Source of the DNA: Ignicoccus hospitalis KIN4/I
GTDB taxonomy: Archaea; Thermoproteota; Thermoprotei_A; Sulfolobales; Ignicoccaceae
Length of the DNA stretch: 32,000 bases
Assembly (NCBI RefSeq): GCF_000017945.1
Contig: NC_009776.1
Span: 1,140,001-1,172,000, forward strand
Direction: 5' to 3'
In this document: positions 15,542 through 24,244 of the stretch, piece by piece
How positions within the stretch are numbered: the first letter of the stretch is position 1
Layout: each line of letters opens with the position of its first letter
Made by a program: the position numbers and the translations under genes
Notes under the pieces: generated by a model
What the model was told of the DNA's origin: nothing
Seen by the model: the letters and a program-made list of their open reading frames with translations, nothing else
Databases searched by the model: none

Positions 15542-16968
15542 GCGCAGTACCGTGGATAATAAAGTATAGGCCAAAAAGGGTAGAGGACGTTATAGACCAA
15601 GAAAAGGCTAAGGAGGTGTTAATACCTTGGATAAAGAAGTGGCTGAGCGGCACACCTCCGGAGAAGAGGGCCGCCCTGTTGTGGGGTCCTCCGGGCGTGG
15701 GAAAGACTAGCTTGGTCGAGGCTATATGCAACGAATTCAACTTAGAAAAAATTGAGATGAACGCTAGCGACTTCAGGAGGAAAGGAGATATAGAGCGCGT
15801 AGCCATAGCCGCCGCCACCAAGAAGCCCTTGCCGCCTTGGAAGGGGCGCTTGATCTTGTTAGACGAGGTGGACGGGCTCTCGCCCAGGGGGGACGAGGGG
15901 GCCGTCGCGGCTATACTGGAATTAATAAAGAAGACGAAGAACCCTATCGTAATGACGGCCAACGACCCGTGGGGGACTCACCTAAGGCCGATAAGGGAGG
16001 AGAGCTTGTTGGTCGAGTTCAAAAGGATACCCAAGACCAAGGCCCGCGAGTTCTTACTAAAAATATGCGAAAAGGAGGGCGTTTATTGCGAGAAGGAGGC
16101 TGTGGACTACATCATAGAAAAGAACAAGGGAGACTTGAGGGCGTCGATCAACGACTTACAATCCATCGCTGAAGCCTACGGCAAGGTAACCTTAGACTTG
16201 GCGAGCGCCTTGTTGGTCGAGAGGGACAGGGTGCTAACTCCTTGGGAGATGCTGCAGAGCTTGTTCTACTCCAAGTACTCTTGGCAAGCTAGGAAGGCCG
16301 TAACGAGTACCGACTTGGACTACGACACCCTATTCTTGTGGATAGCTGAAAACGTCCCCAAGCAGTACGGCGACGACCCTTACGACTTATGGAGGGGAAT
16401 GGAAGCAGTTTCGAGGGCGGACGTGATATACGGCAGGATAAGGAGGACTATGAACTGGTCCTTGTTACCCTACTTCTTCAACGCCTTGGGCCCCGGGGTG
16501 GCGCTCGCCAAGACCAAGTACCACAAGAGGGCAAGGTGGAGCTACCCGGAGAAGATAGTGCTGTTGGCGAGGACTAAGGAAGAGAGGAGGGTCAGGGACG
16601 AGCTCGCCTCTCACTTGGCGCTCTTGACGCACTCCTCCAAATCCTACGTGAGGAGGGAAATAATACCTATGTTGCAGTTCATCGCCCAAGTGAACCCGAA
16701 CTACTTCGCGCGGCTGGCGCTGGGCCTCCGCTTGAGCGACCCTATGATAAAGTACTTAGCAAAGAGTAAGTATCAATTAGTAAAGAAGTACGTAGAAGAG
16801 TTGAAGAGTTCCAGAACGGTAAAGGCGGAAGAACAAACCAAAGCGAAGGAGGTGGTAAAGGAACTCAAGAAAGAGTACGAGAAGGGCACGAAGAAGGGGA
16901 AGGGCGAGAAGAGGCGGAAGGGCTCGGACGAGGGCTCGGGCTTGCTGAAGTGGCTCAAGAAAGATTGA
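15538..16968 (+). CDS. rfcL: replication factor C large subunit
   Basis: WIIKYRPKRVEDVIDQ, Walker A GPPGVGKTS, Walker B LLDEVDGL, a K/E-rich tail, and a PIP-box-like extreme C-terminus GLLKWLKK. Overlaps the rfcS stop by 4 nt. Confidence 0.9.
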   Translation: MSAVPWIIKYRPKRVEDVIDQEKAKEVLIPWIKKWLSGTPPEKRAALLWGPPGVGKTSLVEAICNEFNLEKIEMNASDFRRKGDIERVAIAAATKKPLPPWKGRLILLDEVDGLSPRGDEGAVAAILELIKKTKNPIVMTANDPWGTHLRPIREESLLVEFKRIPKTKAREFLLKICEKEGVYCEKEAVDYIIEKNKGDLRASINDLQSIAEAYGKVTLDLASALLVERDRVLTPWEMLQSLFYSKYSWQARKAVTSTDLDYDTLFLWIAENVPKQYGDDPYDLWRGMEAVSRADVIYGRIRRTMNWSLLPYFFNALGPGVALAKTKYHKRARWSYPEKIVLLARTKEERRVRDELASHLALLTHSSKSYVRREIIPMLQFIAQVNPNYFARLALGLRLSDPMIKYLAKSKYQLVKKYVEELKSSRTVKAEEQTKAKEVVKELKKEYEKGTKKGKGEKRRKGSDEGSGLLKWLKKD

Positions 16969-18121
16969 ACTGTTCCAAGAGCCTCTTGGTCTTCTCCTTT
17001 ACTTTGTCCACCTCTCCCCAGTCCACGGGGTGTAAGAAGAACTTGTCAGCCTTGTCCGCTAACTTCAACTTCCTCTCGTGGTGCTCTTTGAGGATCCTCA
17101 CTATGCCCTCATAAAGCTTCTTCTTACACTCGCCGCAAAGCACTTCGCCCCTCCTACAGCGCCCCTTCCACTCCTCAGCCTCCTTGGGGTCCAAGACGAA
17201 GGCTTCCAACCACTTGAAGACCACGCACCTCTCCGGGTCCCCTCCCTTCTCCCTCTGCTCCTTCACCGTGGGCTGGCCGCCCGTCAAGGCCTTCCAAATT
17301 TTCTCCTTTATCACTTTAGGTGGGTCGTCCAAGAATATCGCCGTCTCGGGCTTGCTAGCGCTCATCGGTTCCCCGGTCAGCCCCGGCAAGTACTTGCTGT
17401 GTAACGCGGCGGGCTTGGGGAGCTTCTTCCTCTCCGCTATGTCCCTGCTCAACCTTATGTAGGGATCTTGGTCGATGGCGATGGGGACTAAGGAGCGGTA
17501 CCCCTTTCTGACGGTCGGGAAGAGTATGTGCGCGGACTGGACGACGGAGTAGAAATACTTGCCGGGGTTGTCGCTGTCGGTGAAGCCGAATACTGCCTTG
17601 ACCTCGTTCAAAGTGACTTCCGTGCTGAGCTCCACGGACATCTCGTATATTTCTGGGGTTTTTGTGGAAATAAAGAAGTAAGTCTTCTTCTCGTCGAATC
17701 CCAAAGCGGCGATGTCGAGAGCGTTGTCATAGGCGTAGAACGCCGCCTCCCTCAAGCTATCTACCTTCAAGAACACGTACTTCTCGTCGTCGCTCAACGG
17801 TATGTAAGCCGGAACCTTGAAGGTCTTCTGCATCCAAGCGACGAAGTCGAAGAGCAGCATGTGGCCCAAGTGCATTACGTTGGAGGGCCCCCTCCCCGTT
17901 AAGATGGCGAACTCCTCTCCCCTCTCCCAGCCTTCAAGGACTTTGTCGAAGTCCCTGTGGGCGAAGAAGTAACCTATTTCGAACAGTTTGTGCCTCTCGG
18001 GGAGTTTGTTTAGGACCTCTTCTGACAAGGGAGTGACGCCGAACACCTTGATCAAGCGGTCATAATCGGTGCTCTTCTGGAGGTCCCCGTTCAAAGGGCT
18101 GTCCCCGGTCAGGAGGGGCAC
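16955..18121 (-). CDS. trpS: tryptophanyl-tRNA synthetase (archaeal/eukaryotic type)
   Basis: TDYDRLIKVFG, the HIGH-type motif GRGPSNVMHLGH, SDDEKY, and the KMSAS-type motif PMSAS. 388 aa. Confidence 0.9.
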   Translation of the reverse strand: MPLLTGDSPLNGDLQKSTDYDRLIKVFGVTPLSEEVLNKLPERHKLFEIGYFFAHRDFDKVLEGWERGEEFAILTGRGPSNVMHLGHMLLFDFVAWMQKTFKVPAYIPLSDDEKYVFLKVDSLREAAFYAYDNALDIAALGFDEKKTYFFISTKTPEIYEMSVELSTEVTLNEVKAVFGFTDSDNPGKYFYSVVQSAHILFPTVRKGYRSLVPIAIDQDPYIRLSRDIAERKKLPKPAALHSKYLPGLTGEPMSASKPETAIFLDDPPKVIKEKIWKALTGGQPTVKEQREKGGDPERCVVFKWLEAFVLDPKEAEEWKGRCRRGEVLCGECKKKLYEGIVRILKEHHERKLKLADKADKFFLHPVDWGEVDKVKEKTKRLLEQFNLS

Positions 18122-18188
18122 AACACTATTTTAGGCGAGCGAGGACGTAGCTCCAGAGAGCTCGACTAGTACCAGTTCCGGGGGTGAG

Positions 18189-18521
18189 GTGTCCTTGCCC
18201 AAGACCGTGAGCGACAAGGATCTTGAGAAGCTCCTAGAAGAGATAACCGATACCGAGACCGAAGATATAATGAAGAAGAACGACCCCAAGTACAAGTGGA
18301 TAAGACAGATAATGATATCCGCGAAGAAGTACCACAAGCTGTGCCCGTACTACGACAAGAGGACCGGTAAGTGCTTCTTGGAGTTCGACTACAAGTGCGA
18401 CAGAGCGGGCAAGTTCGACGGCTGCCCGGTCTTCATAAGGTACTTAGAGAAGAAGTACGACGAGTTGAAGGCCAAAGGCAAGCGCCTACCCATGGACTTC
18501 ATGGACTTGTCGCTGGTGTGA
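18189..18521 (+). CDS. hypothetical protein with a four-Cys cluster
   Basis: 110 aa with an acidic N-terminus, then C-x9-C-x8-C-x8-C (CPYYDKRTGKC...CDRAGKFDGC). No family recognised. Confidence 0.55.
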   Translation: MSLPKTVSDKDLEKLLEEITDTETEDIMKKNDPKYKWIRQIMISAKKYHKLCPYYDKRTGKCFLEFDYKCDRAGKFDGCPVFIRYLEKKYDELKAKGKRLPMDFMDLSLV

Positions 18522-18676
18522 CCTTGGACTGCGTTATCAAGGCGAGGATAGTTAAGAAGTACGGAGACCTGTTTTTGATTGAAAATGAGTTGGGCGGGAT
18601 AGCGCTCATCCCGTCCAAAGAGCTGTGCAACGCGATGAACAAGTTAGGAATATGCATAGAAGGGGTCAAGTGTTAG
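18518..18676 (+). CDS. possible 52 aa ORF (VTLDCVIKARIVKKYGDLFLIENELGGIALIPSKELCNAMNKLGICIEGVKC)
   Basis: The GTG start overlaps the preceding stop (GTGA coupling). The C-terminal half of tracked ORF 18371..18676 has protein-like composition, whereas its N-terminal half looks like an overprinted frame. Confidence 0.35.
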   Translation: MTLDCVIKARIVKKYGDLFLIENELGGIALIPSKELCNAMNKLGICIEGVKC

Positions 18677-18898
18677 TTAAGCCCCTAGCACCACCAGGCT
18701 GGAGCCCTTACACTCCGCCCTCCCCTCGCACCGCGCCACAAAGCCGGGCGCGTCTGAGTAGCCCTCCAGCTCGCACGGGGCGCTCAGCTTCACGTGGACC
18801 GCCTCCTTACAACACTCCTTCCTAACGGCCTTGCCCTCGTCGTTGATCTCGTAAAAGCAGTACTTAGTGCCGTCATAAGCGACAATAACCCTTGACAA
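18677..18898 (-). CDS. small Cys-rich hypothetical protein
   Basis: 73 aa with 7 Cys and beta-strand-like composition. The antisense ORF 18625..18825 is R/P/S-rich and less plausible. Only 19 nt separate its TTG start from the divergent gene at 18918, so one of the two starts is doubtful. Confidence 0.35.
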   Translation of the reverse strand: MSRVIVAYDGTKYCFYEINDEGKAVRKECCKEAVHVKLSAPCELEGYSDAPGFVARCEGRAECKGSSLVVLGA

Positions 18899-18917
18899 GC
18901 CCTACCCCCGGAAGGCC

Positions 18918-20228
18918 TTGAACACGCTTCTAAAATACTACAAGCTGCTCGTGACACTGCCGAGGGACGAGGTCGCCTACGCGCTGGCCGCCCTCTCGGC
19001 TTCTGCCTTGAGCCTTAGAGACCCCTTAACGCTGCTCTCCCTAATCGTCTTTTCTATTTTATTTTACGAGGAAAGGGTGCTGAACGGGAGGAGGCTCGCC
19101 TTCCTTATTGCTCTATCCTCTCTCGCTTCCCTAGCGGGGAAACGCCCCCTAGCTGCCCTCTTCGAGGGCGTCGCCGCGGCGCTGTACTCGCCTAACCCCC
19201 TCTTGATACTGCTTGCCCCCAACGTGCTGTACCTAGCCAGCCCGGAAGCAGTCATCGCCTTGATGCCCGTAATCCTAGCCGTAGTTTATGGAAAGCTCGT
19301 CGGCACGGTTGACTTCGGAATAGCGTGGCTCAGGGCGTGGATGGGCGACGACTACTGGCCCCTCGAGAGGTTCGTCCACGACCGCGGGAGGACTAAGGAG
19401 GCCAAGGAAATAAGGGTCGGACCGCTCGTCTTCACTGATGCACACTTCGGCTTGATGAGGTACTCAATGGGCTCGGTGCTGCCTCACCTAATGGCGTTAA
19501 ACGGGGCCGTGCCCCACCGCTTGTGCGGTTCGCACGAAAACAACCCGGCCTCGAGGTGGGAGGCCTACGCCTTGGTCAGGGGGCTAAAGCACGGGCGGGA
19601 GGGCAAGGCGGAGTTGACGAAGATGAAGGGGGAAGGAGTTAACGTCTACGTCTATTCGTTCGAAGGGGGGTGCGTCGCGGTAGTGGAACACCCCTCCGGC
19701 GCGGACGACTTGCCTTGCGTGGAGTGGAGGTGTGAGGTAGCTGACCCGCACAACGCCGAGGGGCCCTCGCCGTCCCCCCAGAAGCTCTTGGAGGAGCTGA
19801 GCTCTTGCGAGCCGACGGAGAGGGTAGAGTTGAAGGAACCGAAGGTCTACGAGGTCGAGTTCGAGGGGGAGGGGCTGTGCGAGCGCAAGGGCTTCTTAAT
19901 AGACTGGGGACCGTTCAAACACGCGGTGGCGTTTGGGAACAACGCCGTTAATGGAAAGAACAAGTTGGAAGGGATTGACTTAATCAGCACGGTAGACGAC
20001 CACAGTTGCGCGGGCTTCGGGAGGAGTACCTACGAGCCGTCCTCCTTCAAGGGCTTCAAGGTAATAAAGGGAAGAGCTGAACCGATACATATTGCAATTA
20101 ATAAGGTAAAGTACGTTGCAATGGGAGAATCTATGGTTAGCAAAGAAGCTGAAGAGGTCACGGTCAAGTCAGTGAAGGTGGGGATCGCGGCGGCCGCCTC
20201 CGCAATAATGATCGCGCTGCTGGCGTGA
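18918..20228 (+). CDS. hypothetical membrane protein (N-terminal TM bundle, soluble domain, C-terminal TM)
   Basis: 436 aa. Several hydrophobic helices in the first ~130 aa, a central soluble region (FTDAHFGLMRYSMG..., GSHENNP) and a terminal hydrophobic helix (IAAAASAIMIALLA). Confidence 0.65.
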   Translation: MNTLLKYYKLLVTLPRDEVAYALAALSASALSLRDPLTLLSLIVFSILFYEERVLNGRRLAFLIALSSLASLAGKRPLAALFEGVAAALYSPNPLLILLAPNVLYLASPEAVIALMPVILAVVYGKLVGTVDFGIAWLRAWMGDDYWPLERFVHDRGRTKEAKEIRVGPLVFTDAHFGLMRYSMGSVLPHLMALNGAVPHRLCGSHENNPASRWEAYALVRGLKHGREGKAELTKMKGEGVNVYVYSFEGGCVAVVEHPSGADDLPCVEWRCEVADPHNAEGPSPSPQKLLEELSSCEPTERVELKEPKVYEVEFEGEGLCERKGFLIDWGPFKHAVAFGNNAVNGKNKLEGIDLISTVDDHSCAGFGRSTYEPSSFKGFKVIKGRAEPIHIAINKVKYVAMGESMVSKEAEEVTVKSVKVGIAAAASAIMIALLA

Positions 20229-20300
20229 GCTCAGACAGCCACCGCGTCCCCATCCCTTCGGGAGTGGTCGGGATGGTCATCATCGCGCTCAAAAACGCGA

Positions 20301-22091
20301 TTAGGGACTCAAGGAGGAGAGCTTCTCCATGAACCTGGCGTACAAGTCCTCTAGCTTCTCCAGCTCCTCGTTCCTCACAGTAAACCTGCTCCTTATGAGC
20401 TCTGCGACCTCCTCCTTTACCGCCTCCCTTATTGTGGCGACGGGTACCCCGGCGTTCACCAGCTCTTTAGCCTTCCTGTAGAAGTCTATGATTATCTTCA
20501 TCATGAGGAACTGCTTCTTCGGAGAGCAGAACGCGTCTATGGGGTCGAAGGCGTTCTGCTGGAGGAAGGCCTCCTTTATGATCCTAGCCGTCTCTATTAT
20601 CAGCTTGTCGGGCTCGCTGAGGCTCTCCGGCCCTACGAGCCTCACTATCTCCTTTAGTTCGTCCTCCTTGAGGAGTATGCTCATCATTTCGTCTCTGTAC
20701 TCCTTCCACTTGGGGCTTATGTTCTCGTGCCACCACTTAGCTACGGTGTCTACGTACAAGCTGTAGGACACCAACCAGTTGATGGCCGGGTAGTGCCTCG
20801 CGTAAGCCAAGCTCGCGTCCAGCGCCCAGAAGACCCTCACGAACCTCCTGGTGTGGCTGGTGACGGGCTCGCTGAAGTCGCCTCCTGGCGGGGAGACGGC
20901 CGAGGCTATCGTGACGCTCCCCACCCTCTCCGGCCTGCCGGGGATCCTCGCCCTGCCGGCCCTCTCGTAGTACTCCGCCAACCTGGAGGCCAAGTAGGGC
21001 GGGAAGCCCTCCTCCGCGGGCATCTCCTCCATTCTGCCGGCGATGTCTCTGAGGGCCTCGGCCCACCTGGAGGTGGAGTCGGCTATCAAGAGGCTGTCAT
21101 AGCCCATGTCACGGTAGTACTCAGCCAAGGTGACGCCCACGTAGATGGAAGCTTCCCTCGCCGCTACGGGCATGTTAGAGGTGTTGGCAACCAATATAGT
21201 CCTCTCCATAAGCGGCCTGCCGCTCCACGGGTCCTTGTAGTGGGGGAAGTTTACCAAGACGTCCGTCATCTCGTTGCCCCTCTCGCCGCAGCCGACGTAA
21301 ATGACCACCTTGGCGTCGCTCCAAGCGGCTAGCGTCCTCAAGGTGACCGTTTTGCCGGAGCCGAAGGGGCCGGGTATGGCGCCGGTCCCGCCCTTGGCCA
21401 TGGGGAACAATGTATCGAGCACCCTGACGCCGGTTATCAAGGGGGTCACTGGCTCGAACTTCTCCTTGACCGGCCTAGGCCTCCTTATCGGCCACCTGTG
21501 GTACATCTTGAGCTCTATCTCCTTACCCTCGTACTCGACCACAGCTATGGTATCTTCTATGGTGTACTCGCCGGCGGGGGCCAACCACTTGAGGGTGGCC
21601 GCCTTGTCCACCGGCACTACGTTGGGGGGCACCATGACCTTGTGCTCGATCAAGGGCGTCTCCGGGACGGTGCCTAAGATATCGTCGCCGCTCACCTTGT
21701 CCCCGGGCTTGAGCTCCGGGTTGGGGCGCCACTCCCACTTCTTGGAGCGGTCGAGCGAGGGTACCTTGATGCCCCTCTTTATGAACGGGGACTTAGCGAC
21801 CTCGTGTATGCTCTCCAGAGGCCTAAGTATGCCGTCGAAGATGTGGCTGAGGAGGCCCGGCCCCAGCTCGACGCTGAAGGGCGAGCCCGTACCCACTACG
21901 GGCTCTCCGGGAGTTATGCCTGTGGTGTCCTCGTACACTTGTATGACCGCCTTGTCTCCCGTTATTCTGGTTACCTCCCCCACGAGCCCGTCCTTGCCCA
22001 CTTCCACCACTTCGTACATTTGAACCCCTTGCATGTCCTCGGCGATGACGACCGGACCACGTACTCTAAGAACCTTGCCCTTGACTGCCAT
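20301..22091 (-). CDS. atpA: A-type (A1AO) ATP synthase catalytic subunit A
   Basis: Walker [10 protein letters not shown], an insertion typical of A/V-type catalytic subunits, and strong overall family resemblance. 596 aa. Confidence 0.97.
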   Translation of the reverse strand: MAVKGKVLRVRGPVVIAEDMQGVQMYEVVEVGKDGLVGEVTRITGDKAVIQVYEDTTGITPGEPVVGTGSPFSVELGPGLLSHIFDGILRPLESIHEVAKSPFIKRGIKVPSLDRSKKWEWRPNPELKPGDKVSGDDILGTVPETPLIEHKVMVPPNVVPVDKAATLKWLAPAGEYTIEDTIAVVEYEGKEIELKMYHRWPIRRPRPVKEKFEPVTPLITGVRVLDTLFPMAKGGTGAIPGPFGSGKTVTLRTLAAWSDAKVVIYVGCGERGNEMTDVLVNFPHYKDPWSGRPLMERTILVANTSNMPVAAREASIYVGVTLAEYYRDMGYDSLLIADSTSRWAEALRDIAGRMEEMPAEEGFPPYLASRLAEYYERAGRARIPGRPERVGSVTIASAVSPPGGDFSEPVTSHTRRFVRVFWALDASLAYARHYPAINWLVSYSLYVDTVAKWWHENISPKWKEYRDEMMSILLKEDELKEIVRLVGPESLSEPDKLIIETARIIKEAFLQQNAFDPIDAFCSPKKQFLMMKIIIDFYRKAKELVNAGVPVATIREAVKEEVAELIRSRFTVRNEELEKLEDLYARFMEKLSSLSP

Positions 22092-22163
22092 ACCTTTACC
22101 TCCTCTCTGGTGCTCTTCCCAGCGCCTTAAAACGACTTGTCCGTTGGAGGGAAGGGGGAGGGC

Positions 22164-22379
22164 TCAAGTTTCAACTCTCACTACCTTCATTCTGGACGTA
22201 TGACCCTTAACTATCTCTACTTTCTTCGCTTTGAAATACTTCTTCAAAAGTTTCAATAGTTCCCTATTGGCCTTCCCTCCCTCCGGGGGAGCGGCGACGC
22301 GCACGACCAAGCAGCCGTCCTCCTCACCCACCACTTCGCTCTTGGGAGAGTTCGGCTTCACGCATACCTTTATCAGCAT
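22164..22379 (-). CDS. DUF167 (YggU-like) protein
   Basis: 71 aa. IKVCVKPNSPKSEV...VRVAAPPEGGKANRELLKLL...IVKGHTSRMKVV matches the YggU/DUF167 pattern. Confidence 0.8.
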   Translation of the reverse strand: MLIKVCVKPNSPKSEVVGEEDGCLVVRVAAPPEGGKANRELLKLLKKYFKAKKVEIVKGHTSRMKVVRVET

Positions 22380-23370
22380 TCGACTTCTCCAAGTACGCCC
22401 TCAGGCCGGACTCGAATTTCTTTGCGTTAACTCTTAGGAACAGCTTATGCATTATCTTTTCTATGAAGCTGTAGTTCAAGTTCCCCCCGGCGGCCGCCGG
22501 ATGACCCCCGCCGGAGAACTCCTTGGCCAGCTCGCTCAAGTCGACCCTTTCGGTCCCCCTCCTCATGTGTAGACTGCCGACGTCACTGACGAAGGCTATG
22601 ACGTCGTAGGTCCTCTTCTTCCTTATTTCTTCGGCCATAAACGATACGTGGGCGACGTCCTTCAGTTTGATGGGGACCATTACGTAGCTTATCCCGTCGA
22701 CCTCCCCTTCTACGGCCTTTTTCAAGTATTTTTGCAAGCTCTCCTCCATCTCCCTGAGGGCCTCTTCGTAGGCCTCCTCCCAGTCGGCGTCCCAGCCGAC
22801 GCACTTCCACAGCTTGTCGATCAAGAACCTTCTCCACCTTCTGTTTCCAAGGGCTATGCTCATCTTCTCGCTCCTGGGATCTTTTCTAATCCATAGGTCT
22901 ATATCGCAGCTCAGTTCGACTAACTCTTCACAACAGTCACAGAGCCTCGCGCCCCTTTCCTTTGCGTACCTCGCCGCAAGCCCCGCTCCGCACGTAGACC
23001 TGTCGTAAACCAGCTCGTCCGCCAGTTCCTTGATTTTCTCTAAGGCCCTCTGGCTCCACTTGTGGTGGTCCATCCAAACGAGCTTGAACGTCCTACCCCT
23101 CAGAAGGCCCTCCAGCTCCTCCAGCTCGTGGTCGTTGGGCCCTATGTCGACTACGTAGAGCAAGTCCGGCTTTTGTCTTATAGCCTTCTTCAAGTTTTTT
23201 AATACCTTCCTCCTCGAGGTGCTTATCGAGACGAAGTCGTCTGAGCTGTGAAGCCTAAAGAGGGCCACCGCGCCCATAATGCCGTCGAAGTCGTTGTGGT
23301 GGACCACAACGACTTTCTTCCTCTTCGCCGGCCTCTTGGGCCTGCAGAGCTTACAAATCACCGACGTCAC
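22324..23370 (-). CDS. DHH/DHHA1 family phosphoesterase (NrnA/RecJ-like)
   Basis: Motif I HHNDFDG, motif II VVDIG, motif III MDHHKW (DHH), and DHHA1 GGGHPAAAG. 348 aa. The 3' end overlaps the DUF167 gene by 56 nt. Confidence 0.85.
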   Translation of the reverse strand: MTSVICKLCRPKRPAKRKKVVVVHHNDFDGIMGAVALFRLHSSDDFVSISTSRRKVLKNLKKAIRQKPDLLYVVDIGPNDHELEELEGLLRGRTFKLVWMDHHKWSQRALEKIKELADELVYDRSTCGAGLAARYAKERGARLCDCCEELVELSCDIDLWIRKDPRSEKMSIALGNRRWRRFLIDKLWKCVGWDADWEEAYEEALREMEESLQKYLKKAVEGEVDGISYVMVPIKLKDVAHVSFMAEEIRKKRTYDVIAFVSDVGSLHMRRGTERVDLSELAKEFSGGGHPAAAGGNLNYSFIEKIMHKLFLRVNAKKFESGLRAYLEKSNADKGMREAELSQERSGG

Positions 23371-24232
23371 AGCCCTTCACGCCCCGGTGAGCCCCGTGAA
23401 GGTAAATTTTGTCCCTAAGAGGCTCCCGGTAGTTACGGGCGAGTGGTTAAAGAGGCTTCTCCCCGGAGGTAGGGTGGACGAGTGGGGAGCGGTCTTAGAT
23501 GTTCAAAGCTCCGAGGGAGCGATAATAATAAATGGGCTGAGGGTTCCGACCGACGAGTTGGAGTACGTAATCAAACGCATGGGCAACACCCTCCACGCCG
23601 TGACCCCGGAGGGACTCTTGCCCTTAGTCGTGCGCTCGCGCCACTTCTACAAGCTGAGGGGTCTGGAGGAGCCCGGCCCTCCCACCCTTGAGATAGACGG
23701 AGTCCACATGCACAGGATAGCCGGCACCGACCCTTGGAAGGACGCCTTGTCCAAGGTGAGGAACGCGAGGGTGAGGAGCGGTCACAAGGTATTGGATACT
23801 TGCATGGGCTTGGGCTATACTGCAATAGCAAGCTTGAGAAGGGGAGCGACGGTAGTGACGGTGGAGAAGGACCCTAACGTGATTCAACTGGCAGAGTGGA
23901 ACCCTTGGTCTTGGGAGCTCGTTAAGGCAGAGATATACAACGACGACGTATCTACATTCATAAAGAGGGTGGAGGACGAGACGTTCGACAGGATAATCCA
24001 CGACCCGCCGGTTATCACAATGGCTGGGGAGCTGTATTCGAGGGAGTTTTACGAAGAGCTGTACAGGGTGCTGAAGCGCGGGGGAGTGCTCTTCCACTAC
24101 ACCGGCTCCCCAAAGAGGCGGAGCGGGGTGGACTTGGCCAGGGGAGTTATGGAGAGGTTGAGGGAAGCCGGTTTTGAGGAGGTTAGGAGGGCCCCGGACG
24201 CCTTGGGGGTGGTCGCGCGAAAAAGCCGATGA
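23279..24232 (+). CDS. class I SAM-dependent methyltransferase with a DPP motif
   Basis: SAM-binding VLDTCMGLGYTAI, VTVEKD, and motif IV IIHDPP. The real start is probably downstream (GTG at 23387 or 23396), because 23279..23370 overlaps the divergent DHH gene. Confidence 0.8.
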   Translation: MPSKSLWWTTTTFFLFAGLLGLQSLQITDVTALHAPVSPVKVNFVPKRLPVVTGEWLKRLLPGGRVDEWGAVLDVQSSEGAIIINGLRVPTDELEYVIKRMGNTLHAVTPEGLLPLVVRSRHFYKLRGLEEPGPPTLEIDGVHMHRIAGTDPWKDALSKVRNARVRSGHKVLDTCMGLGYTAIASLRRGATVVTVEKDPNVIQLAEWNPWSWELVKAEIYNDDVSTFIKRVEDETFDRIIHDPPVITMAGELYSREFYEELYRVLKRGGVLFHYTGSPKRRSGVDLARGVMERLREAGFEEVRRAPDALGVVARKSR

Positions 24233-24244
24233 AGACATTCCATA

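Noticed and set aside
20727-22023. 201 aa and 240 aa plus-strand ORFs antisense to atpA
   Set aside because: They lie opposite a highly conserved ATPase subunit A gene, and their low-complexity G/R/P/S-rich translations mark them as shadow ORFs.
23624-24238. 204 aa minus-strand ORF antisense to the methyltransferase
   Set aside because: The plus-strand frame carries unambiguous SAM-binding and DPP motifs, while the minus frame is P/H/R/V-rich and motif-free.
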